The notes below the pieces were generated by a model, which saw only the letters and a list, made by a program, of their open reading frames with translations, was not told the origin of the DNA and ran no database searches. Shown one piece after another: positions 49,650 through 64,000 of a stretch of 64,000 bases of DNA. The translations under genes and the position numbers were made by a program. Positions within the stretch are counted from its first letter, which is position 1; each line of letters opens with the position of its first letter. The stretch comes from the human T2T-CHM13v2.0 reference genome, Homo sapiens, in NCBI RefSeq assembly GCF_009914755.1, contig NC_060925.1; one strand, given 5' to 3'.

Positions 49650-50761
49650 ACCCACTCCTCAGTCCTAGCTGCTGCTTTCAGTCTCTCCTAGCGGCTGCCC
49701 CTCTGCCCCAGCCAGTGAGGCCAGGAAGGGAGTAAAGAGGACATCCCACAATTGCGTCCACCCCCTTGGCCATCAGGCTGCTCTTCCACTACACGAAACA
49801 GCCCATCTGCACCTGCCAGTCACTGCCCCCAGGCCCTGGGGCTTGCAGGTGACTCGTGGGGAGCCAGGCCAGGCAGATAACCTCTGGGACAGGACGAGGG
49901 GATGAGGAAGGCAGCTGGCAGGACAAGGGCCTACCTGAAAAATACACCAGGAAGCTGGGCTGCTGCACAGGCCCAGGCAGATCTGGGGCCCCTGTGCTGG
50001 CAAATCTCATCTTAGCCTCTGACAGGGAACGGGGCAGCATCAGGCCTCCACAGCCAGGCAAAAGGGGAAGGCCACGAGCCCCACCAAGCACAAGGGTTCA
50101 GACTGCCTTCAACCCTTAAGGGGCACTTTTTCTCTCAAGGCTCAGAATAGACAACTGTGCCAAAAAGCAGCATGGTAGGTGTCAGCCCAATGCCCATCCA
50201 GGGGGCTGGTGCCATGGACGGCTAAGTGGGCAGGCAGGGCAGTGGTGTGCCCCTTCAGTCACAAGTAGGTGGGGCCCAGCTGCCCACCTCTAGGAGGTGG
50301 AAGGGTACAGCACTTTGCCACATCTCTTCTACGATGCCACCAGTGCCTGATGCCCTTGCGTGTTTTGCCTGTACTGCACGGGCTCCAAGTGTAAGTTCAC
50401 TGGGAGTCCCAGGCTGGCTCTGGAGGCTGCCTTGGTTCGAGGGCTTAGTTGGCAACAACCACTCTCCTCGCCTTCTCAGGAGGTGCCACCCACTGTGGTC
50501 CTCTGCAGGACGCAAGTGCTCCCCACCAAAAGAGCACAGACTCCTGGCTAGAGCAGAGAGTACTAGGTTCCCATGTGGGGCCGACTCAGGTCCAGGAAGA
50601 GCCTGGAAGCCTCACTCCAGTCTAGCTGCCATTGTCAGGTGGGGGAGTGGAGGCCGGGGTGGGAGAGACACGAAGGAGAGTGGAGTTCCCAAGAGAAGCA
50701 GCACTGTGGAGGAGGAAGGCGGGACAGGAGTGGCTCCAACGCAGGGCGTCAGGACGCAGGG

Positions 50762-50980
<219 letters not shown>

Positions 50981-51288
50981 CTACACACACATACCCCCGC
51001 ACACACGCACACATGCACACACACACACAGGCAAGATTAACAGGGCTCTCCAAGGGCTCTGCTCAACAGGACATTTCCCGGAATAGAACAAGGCCCACTG
51101 CCAGTATCACTTCCCACCCCTGCCCAGAAATAAACACCCTGCGTCAGCAGTGACATGGGTGAGTCAGAGCTGGGTGTGCCCTGAAGGCTGGGTCCAGTGT
51201 GGCCTTCAGCACACGCTTGGGACTTGGTCCCAATCCCTCCCCACGGTTTTCCAGGTGGGCGGGGCAAGCTTGCCCCCGGCTCCTTTAC

Positions 51289-51408
51289 CTTCCAGAACAT
51301 GAAGCTGACGGGATCCACTACGGTGGGCTGGATGATCTCTCGCCCAGGGAAGATGCCCCAAGTGACAGCATTCGGCTGCAGTTCAGGGGCATTGGTGATG
51401 TTTTCACC
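51289..51408 (-). CDS. MTHFR: MTHFR coding exon ([40 protein letters not shown])
   Basis: 120 nt, canonical AG/GT. Confidence 0.97.
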
Positions 51409-52296
51409 CTGAGGGGATGTGGGGTGGGGGTAAGACCTGGGCCAAGAACAACTGGAGTCCCACTGCCTGGACAGCCTTGACTCAATGAGGCTGTCTGGGC
51501 TCAATACCCTCTGCCTGCGCCTCCACTCCCGGCCTCCACTCTCCCTGCGCCTCCACTCCCCTCTCCCTGTGCCTCCGCTCCTGGCCTCCTCTGCCTGCAT
51601 CTGTGAATGATATCTCTCCCCACACAAGCCTGAACCTAGAGGCGTCCTGGCCACTTCCCCTCTCCTCCTTGAGCACCCCCTGCTCACTCTCTGATCCATT
51701 CCCTCTTGTCTAGCCCACCTCCAGGAGTGTGTTTGGCTTGGGTCACTCCAGGGGTCTCTTCACTGGCCTCCCCGGCTCTAGCCGTCCCCAATCTCTCTCA
51801 TCCGTATGACTATCCACTGTGATTTGCCTAAAATAAAGCAGGAACCAAGCCACCCCACTGCTGGAGAAAGGCTTCCCTTGCATTGAGGGAAAACTCAAAT
51901 TCCAGCAGGACAACCATGATCTCTGCGGGCCTGGCCCCTGCTTAACACTCCCGCCTCCTCCTGCTCATGTTCCCGGTTTCCCCAGATGGTGCAGCTCACT
52001 GCCTCTGCCTGTCCTCTGCCCTGTCCCAGGAATACCCTTCTCTCCTGTTGGCCAACTCCTCTTTGTCCTCAGTGATTCCCACAGATGACCCTCTGAGAAG
52101 CCTTCCCTGGCCTCCCAGGTGAGATATCCCTCCTCTGGACCCGACAGCATCCTCTCCTGAACTTGATTTTCCCACTTACACTGGCTGGTGGTCACACATT
52201 GATCTGCCTCCCTCACTCTAGGCTGGGAGCTCCTTAAGAGCAGGGCCCCAGTTCTGCCTGTATCTCTCTGTCTTGCACAATGCCTAGCCCAGGCTA

Positions 52297-52668
<372 letters not shown>

Positions 52669-53065
52669 TCAGTCAGGGAAGACTCCACGAAGAAGCCATT
52701 TCTGAACAGCAGCAACTGGTTTGACAGGCCGAGTCATGGGAGAGAGGCCCCACACATTCCATCCTCCCCAGTGCAAGCTGACAATGACATTGACATCTCC
52801 TCTAGAACCAGTGCCTATCAGGGATTAAGCTGGGTTTACTCAAACTCATTTGCTAGAATGCTGATAATACGGGAGGCTGGGCACAGTGAGCCCCACGTGA
52901 GGAAAGTGGGTTCAGGGAAGTTGAGCACGTTGGCTACTCTGACAGTAAACAGTAGAGCTGGTCCTTAAACTCAGGTCTTTCTGCTCCAGGGCCCGTGGGC
53001 CTTAGATCAGAACATAATGTTAACTCCAGCAGCCCTGGGAGAAAGGTGTCAACTCAGGATAGTAA

Positions 53066-53780
<715 letters not shown>

Positions 53781-53989
53781 TGATCCACCCGCCTTGGCCT
53801 CCCAAAGTGCTGGCCGGGTTCCGTGCCCAGCCAGGTCTATCTGACTTAAAGCATGAGCTCCCATCCGCTCCAATCCATGCTCATTCAAAATTTAAGAGCC
53901 CAGGAGAGGCAGGCTGCTCTGCCCTAAGCTCTGGGGAACCCACGGGTGCCGGTCAAGAGAGGGGGGCACCCCGTGCCTCCCTACCACAC

Positions 53990-54172
53990 CTTCTGGAAGA
54001 CATAGCCCCCGCTGGGGCCCCAGCCCACGATGGGGTCGGAGGACGGCTTCCCGTTGATGTTGGGCTGTGAGTTGATGGTGAGGATGCCCTGGCGGTTCAC
54101 CCGCAGCAGCTCCTCCTTCAGCAGGCTGGTCTCAGCCGCCAGGGGCTCATCGTTCCAGGGCAGGCAAGTCAC
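53990..54172 (-). CDS. MTHFR: MTHFR coding exon ([16 protein letters not shown]...GGYVFQK)
   Basis: 183 nt, canonical AG/GT; SAM-binding regulatory domain. Confidence 0.97.
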
Positions 54173-54392
54173 CTGGGAGAGACGGTGAGCTGGCTGGGGC
54201 GACCATCAGGTTTGGCACCCTGAGTCCCTCTCACGGCCCCCAACAAAGACCCAGCCTGTCTTTGCCTCCCTAAGCCCTTCCAGGTGGAGGTCTCCCAACT
54301 TACCCTTCTCCCTTTGCCATGTCCACAGCATGGAGGGGAGGGCACAGGATGGGGAAGTCACAGCCCCGCAGCCTGGCCTGCAGCTGGGGTCA

Positions 54393-55554
<1,162 letters not shown>

Positions 55555-55824
55555 TCATATTCTAGGAGCACACCTGGGCTTGGCCTGCCGTTTTCTCCTC
55601 TTTTTTCTGTTTTTAGAGACTGAGTCTCACTGCTCTCAAACGCCAGGGCTCAAGCCATCCTCCTGCCTCAGCTTCTCAAGTAGCCGGGACTACAGGCACG
55701 TGCCACTATGCCCAGCTTTCCCACTTTTTACAGAGTAGAGCAGCTGCCCTAAGCATTCCAGCCTTGGGTTGAGCCAGCCTTTTAGCCCTAGATGTGTCTG
55801 TTGGTAACATGGTGTCATCTAACC

Positions 55825-56010
55825 CAGCTGTTCCCATGCTGCACTGATCATCCGAATCACCTGCCAAGCTCAAGAAGTAAAACACACATTCCGAGGACCT
55901 CCCTCAGATTTACTGAGTGAGAACCTCCAGGGGTGGGACCTGGAGATCCACTTTTTGAAAAAGCTTATCAAGTGGTTCTGATGACAGCCACCTTTGGGAA
56001 ACACTGATTT
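55825..56010. mobile_element. MER5-like hAT DNA-transposon remnant
   Basis: gaatcacctg...ggtgggacctggagatcc...tggttctgatgacagcc...tttgggaaacactg motif pattern. Confidence 0.5.
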
Positions 56011-56117
56011 AAGCAGGATTTGTAATGAGAATTAGAATCCCTTTTGGTGATGCTTGTTGGCCAAAGTACAACAAACCCCTCAACAGACACTGTTGCTGGG
56101 TTTTGGGGGGAAAATTA

Positions 56118-56501
<384 letters not shown>

Positions 56502-56908
56502 TCAGGAGAGGCTGGCCTCCACCTGTTCAAGGCGAGGGATGAAGAGACCACAGGGACTGGGCAGAGAGAGTCCTCTGCTTTGGGGGCTCTGATCTTGCAC
56601 CTTCCAACAGCACAGCACAGCCTGAACTAAAACAGTGAGTGGCTGGGCTCATGACTGATATGCTTCTGACCCCAGAGATGACTCTCAGGGGAGGTGGCTC
56701 AGAGCCCAGTTCCAAGAGTGGGGGTGGATTGCTCCAAACTCCCACACTGTCCTGCCTTGAGCAGCCAAGCAAATCAGGCCTGCACTTGGTGGCCATAGAA
56801 AAGAGAAAATGCTACAGTTAGCACTGGCTGGGCAGCATCTGGGGTACTAAGCTTGACTTTTCTCTAGGCACCGGATTAAACATTGTTTTTAATGTAACAC
56901 TGAAATTA

Positions 56909-57169
<261 letters not shown>

Positions 57170-57172
57170 TCA

Positions 57173-57277
<105 letters not shown>

Positions 57278-58734
57278 TCAAAAAAAAAAAAAAAAAAAAA
57301 GAATGAAAAGAATACAGAAACTCCTTTCAAATGTCCAAAGGTCTGTCCTGGGGAAAAAGGATCCACCATAGGTGAGTTTGTTTTGTTTTGTTTCAGAGAC
57401 AGGGTCTCGCTCTGTCACCCAGGCTAGAGTGCAGTGATACAATCATGGCTCACTGTAGCCTTGAACTCCCGGGCACAAGTGATCTCCCACTTCAGTCTCC
57501 TGAGTAGCTTGGACTACAGATGCAAGCCACCACATCTGGCTAATTAAAAAAATTTTTTTTAATTAATTATTTATTTTTTAGAGATGGGGTCTTGCTATCT
57601 TGTCCAGGTTTGTCTGGAACTTCTGGGCTCAAGCAATCCTCCCACCTTGGCCTCCCAAAGTGCTGAGATTACAGGCATGAGCCACTGTACCCAGCCCCCT
57701 AGTGAAGTTCTTTATTAGTCATATTCTGTGTTGTTTCTAATGGCAGAACCAGCATCCGGTTCAGAGAGCTGGCTAGAGTACTATAAGCCACTCACAAAAC
57801 AATGAGCTCCTGGAATCTGAAAACACAGGGGCAGTGGATGCTGAAGACAAGATTCCAGAATTGCTTAGGAGGTGGGATCAGATGTCCCATAGGCTCCTTA
57901 CTGGCTCTGTGAACTCTCTGACCCCTTTCCTCAATGACTAAACTTACTAGCAACCTTGCTCGGTCAGGCAAGCAGGATGACCATAGGCCTTCATGAAACT
58001 ACATGGAGTGCTGGTTTCATCAGCCCAAGCCCAGGGCAGGACTCTGAGCCAGGCGGAAGGCCAAGCTGCTTTGCTCTGATAAGGCAGTTCCGTTCTTAAG
58101 AAACCCAGAGTCATCAAAAAATGAATATAAAAACTATTGTTTCAAGGGGTAAGGGAGTGGGGGATAAAGCAATGGGGCTTCACACTTGCAATAACAAAGC
58201 TATTTTCCCAGTAGGAATTTCAGAAACAACAAGGCTTTTTAATAGCTGAAAAGTATAGCTACAATACCTAAATATCACCGAACAAATCTAGCATTTGATT
58301 ACGTATAGATTTTGCTATTTACTCTATTTTTCTATCATGAACAGCTGAGGGCTTTCTTTTTTAAAATGTTTTTATTTTTTGTAGAGACACGGTCTCACTG
58401 TGTTGCCCAGGCTGGTCTTGATCTCCTGCCTCAGTCTCCCAAAGCTCTGGGATTACAGGCATGAGCTACCATGCCCAACAGGTTGGTGTTTTCTAATCCA
58501 CTCATCTTCATTACCCACTTGATAAGCAAAGTAAGAAACCATTCAGCAACTGTGAGCTCACAGCTTCACTAGTTTCTAATCATTATCACCTAACGCCCAT
58601 CACGGGTGCATATTCCCCCAGTAACTGACTATATAATGGCTGATACAAGCGATGACAATTTAACAGTTGGAAATGTCTGTTCTCTGACTCCTAATCAGCG
58701 CTTCCCAGACTTAGCACCTAAACACCCCTGTTGA

Positions 58735-59100
<366 letters not shown>

Positions 59101-59637
59101 TAGGCTTCAGCCACCGCACCTGGCCTTTTTTTTTTAGTTCATATCACTTTAGATGCTACTCCATAACATAGCCATGTTTAATATAAAAATGGTAGGATTT
59201 CTCCCAGAATATTGGCAAAAAAACTGTCATCCCAGAAAATGTGCCAATCCCGGGACTTCCTGTCCCTGGTGCACACTGTCTTGCCATACCTGAGCGCTGT
59301 CTGAGACGCTGAGGGCTCAATGCCAGCCTTCAGCTTCAAGGGTGGGAGAGAAGTCCAACCCACCCATTTCTGTTGGGGGAACCTGGTCTTGTGGCTGTGG
59401 CCAATGGTGATTCTCTTTCCTGGGAATTTGGAACGGAGGCCTGTCCATTAGCCTGGGGAACTGGCTGGAACTGACACTCTGCACACTCAGGAGCAGGCCA
59501 GGTGTGTGGAAAAGCATGGGTATCAGGTCTCCCAGATGAAGCACAGATGTGCAGTGGGAAGCGGAGATGGGGGACCCTGTGGCCCCAGAGGGAATGAGGG
59601 AGGGCCTTGCTTTTTGACCTCTTCCAGTGCCTTGTGA

Positions 59638-59952
<315 letters not shown>

Positions 59953-60295
59953 TGATCTGCCTGCCTCGGCCTCCCAAAGTGTTGGGGTTACAGGTGTGAG
60001 CCACCGCGCCCAGACCCCTCTTTCGTTTTAAAGAAAAGAATAAGGCCAAGCAGGCTAAGGGCACAGCCAGGCAGAGGAACAAAAAGCTAGGGGTCGATGG
60101 TGGCAGGCCCAGGAGGGGAGTGGGTGATACAAAAGGAGCAAGGACATGGTGCAGTTCACCTCTGCATGTCCTTCATCCAGCATGGACCCATGAGTGCCCC
60201 TGATCACTGTGTCCTGAACCGAACACCGACAGGCTCTCTGGGCATCTCAGCCTCCCTAGCTCCATCCCCGCCACCAGGATGATCCAGCCACTCAC

Positions 60296-60406
60296 CTGCC
60301 ACACAGATGTCAAAGTAGTCACCAAACTCACTTCGGATGTGCTTCACCAGGTCCACTGCGTAGTTGAAGCCTCCCTCCTCCTCTTCCCACTGGTCACCTA
60401 TTGGGT
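60296..60406 (-). CDS. MTHFR: MTHFR coding exon ([37 protein letters not shown])
   Basis: 111 nt, canonical AG/GT. Confidence 0.97.
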
Positions 60407-61182
60407 CTGCAGGGTTGGTGGAGGTCATAGTCACTGGGTCTCACCCAACCTCCAGAGACCCTTTCTGTTCCCTCTACCTAGCCCTGACACCCAGGACTGC
60501 GAGTCCCTGGAAGGCAGAAACTTCATATTATTTAGGTTTGGTTCGTCTCTTTCTAGCACTTGGTAAGACAGCAGGAGGGAAAAAAGCAGCCCACCAGTTC
60601 AATATTCACTGCATGCTGACCCTGTGCTGGCGGTGGAGAATAGGAGACCACCGCTGCTTCTCACCGTGCCTGGAGGATTGGAGAGCCCTTCCCTACTTCT
60701 ACCTGGGCATGCCTGCCACCCTCTCCCATCCCACGGCCTTGGGGCTCCTGCCTCCTGGGAGAATTTTCTACTCATCTCAAGTGAAGGGGTCTTGTGGTAG
60801 GGAGCACGAGGCCATAGGATCCCACCCATCAGGCTCCCTCTTCCCACTCTTAGGTGGCCTGACAACAGCGGGCACCAGAGGCCTGACCGGCTATTCTCAC
60901 TCCTGGATACTCTGTTACTCTGTGATTGGGCCAAGTGCTGGGTGCAGCCAGCAATCGATGCAGTGGTGTAGGCAAGGCAGAGGGTTATCAGGCCGCGACT
61001 GCATTCCTGACGGAACTCCTATGTCGAGGTCAAGAGGTGGAAGAGGTGGCTGCCTGTGTGTGGTGCCCAGGATGACTCACTACCCACAATGCCTACTGAC
61101 ACTACTGGCGGGGATGGGATCCTGCGGATCCTCAGCGTGGGGCCCAGGAAGAAGTAAAGGACCATTTCAGGAACCAAGTTCA

Positions 61183-61602
<420 letters not shown>

Positions 61603-62963
61603 TCATATCCTGGCTTTGCTACTTATAGCTGTGTGATCTTGGGTACATTACTTAATCTCTGTGAGTTCTGTTTCCTTATTTATAAGACACGGCAGATAGT
61701 AGTACCCACTTCATAATAACACTAGGATGCTGGGCGTGGTGGCTCACGCCTGTAATCCCAGCACTTCAGGAGGCTGAAGTGAGTGGATCACTTGAGGTCA
61801 GGAGTTCCAGACCGCCTGGCCAACATAGTGAAACCTCATCTCTACTAAAAATACAAAAATTAGCTGGGTGTGGTGGTGGGCACCTGTAATCCCAGCTACT
61901 TGAGAGGCTGAGGCAGGAGAATTGCTTGAGCCAGGAGGCAGAGGTTGCAATGAGCCAAGATCACACCACTGCACTCCAGCCTGGGCCACAGAATGAGACT
62001 CTGTCTCAAAAAAAAAAAAAAAAAAAAAAAAGCAACAACAACAACAAAAAACCATAACACTAGGAGAATATGACGGCAGCTGGTTCCACAGAACTTAGAA
62101 CAGTGCCTGGTGTACAAACCGAATACTCAGTATATGTGAGGTGCCGTTATAATCACTATTACAGAGGTAAGACACAACAACAGCGCTATCATTTTGTGTG
62201 AGAGCAGCACTTCAGACTTTTCACAGCGCTTGCCTGTTTATTATCTCAGGTGAGTTAAGACATCATGATTGAGAGTTAGGGGAATCCTAACTGTGGCAAG
62301 CACAGCCTCGCTGTAGGAACAGTTAGAAAGAGGGTCAGCAGACTCACTTTCTTTCATGCCACCCCCCAAGCCCTGTGCAGCAGCTTACAGTTATGCAGAC
62401 CAAGGCCAAGTTCCGAAACGAGACTCAAAAAAAAGCCTGGATGTGCACGAGTACTTGTGTTACAAGCTATCAACGGTGTATTTAAACATCCTTGTGCATT
62501 TAAACTTCAAAAACTTGGGAGTGACACGTGAGACGTGCATACAGTAAAAGGCATAAACTTAAAAAAAAAACTGCAATTCATGAAGTGCTAATGTAATTCA
62601 GTTGGCATTTCTAGAGTTCAAGAAGCATAATCCAAATTTCTAACTTGCTGAAAACAATCTCACTGCTTTGTGACTTCCTAAACTGCACTCGTGATCCAGC
62701 CCCCAAGTTCCCTCAAAGAATACAGTGTGAGAATCAACATTTTTAACCCATTGAAGAGTGTGTCTAAAATACCTTGACACTGTGGAGGGACTTTTACAGG
62801 CAACAGAGAAGTTGCAGATCAGATGACCCACTCTGCCTTCTCCTTCCTGCCCCCTCCGGCTGCTTTTTTCTGCCGGGTTAAAGGGCAGCCCAGCCTCAGG
62901 GCTGACAGTTTGCTCCCCAGGCACCACCACTCCCGCCTCCCACCTTAACCTTGCATGAGTTTA

Positions 62964-63290
<327 letters not shown>

Positions 63291-63488
63291 TCAAGCCGGA
63301 GGCGCTGTATTTCCACACAGGAAGAAGGCCAAAAAAGGTGACACTGCCCCCTCCCAGTGGCTCCATGCTCCTCAGCTATGGCTGTCCGGGCCGCCTCACT
63401 CAAAGCCTTGCCCTCCGCTGCTGCCAGGCTCCTTGCATGCAAGGCAGCCCCCACCCGGCACTGCAACATGCTCCTCGGTGACAGCTAC

Positions 63489-63598
63489 CTGATGGAAGGT
63501 GGCACAGAGGACCTCACGCTGCCGACCTGCGAGGCCCATATTCCTAGCGAGGGGCAGTAGTGCCCAGCTGGGAGGACCCTGGCTTTTCGATGGTCCAT
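63489..63598 (-). CDS. MTHFR: MTHFR upstream coding segment for the N-terminally extended isoform (MDHRKARVLPAGHYCPSLGIWASQVGSVRSSVPPSI)
   Basis: ATG at 63598, AG|gtagct donor; splicing to 63213 adds 41 aa in frame. Confidence 0.8.
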
Positions 63599-64000
63599 CT
63601 CTGTCAGCTCAGGCCCAGAGTGCGTGGGGAGGGAACAGAGGCACCTTCCCCAGCGGGTGTGTTCAACTGGGCGGAGCTGCGACAAAGGAAGAGGCTTGAG
63701 CTCCAGCCAGCACAAGGGGGCGGGGGCAAGGCTTCCAGGCGAGGAGGGAGGGCTGAGGCTCTAGTAAGGGGAGGCGGATGGAAGGAGGGGGACTCAGGGG
63801 CAGAGACTGCAGGGGTTGGTGGAGATGAGGCCAACAGGCGTTCAGGGATACCAGATCACCCTCCAGAGAAGGAACAGCTCACTCTGGCTGGCTCTGCCTG
63901 GAACATCTGTTACTTGAAACAGTTCGTGCACAGGATGGAAGGGGTGAGGGCTTGACTATGCAGCCAGATTTCTCCTGAATTCATGCTACTCCAAAAAGAC

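Overview
Human genomic DNA (Alu-dense, primate), recognisable as the 1p36 AGTRAP - C1orf167 - MTHFR interval. The + strand carries AGTRAP exons 2-5 (exon 1 is upstream of the window) and all of C1orf167, which I reconstruct as 21 exons with one phase-consistent 1449-codon reading frame. The - strand carries the whole MTHFR coding region (11 coding exons, 656 aa, plus the upstream exon giving the 41-aa-extended isoform). The haplotype encodes MTHFR Ala222 (677C) and Ala429 (1298C). Repeats include dozens of Alus, a MER41A-like solo LTR, a THE1-type LTR, old L1 ORF1 fragments, a 38-bp minisatellite and a decayed SF3B4 retrocopy. Most interesting: (1) the uncharacterised C1orf167 product looks like a Sfi1-type (centrin-binding) Trp-repeat protein; (2) an alternative splice path at exons 19-20 switches to a hidden frame that continues those repeats; (3) the antisense strand of the SF3B4 retrocopy is in frame with C1orf167; (4) a non-Alu inverted repeat flanks C1orf167 exon 13; (5) MTHFR and C1orf167 probably overlap tail-to-tail, with a candidate distal MTHFR poly(A) signal inside an Alu tail. 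No CRISPR, rRNA or tRNA was seen. All coordinates were read by eye; repeat boundaries are approximate.
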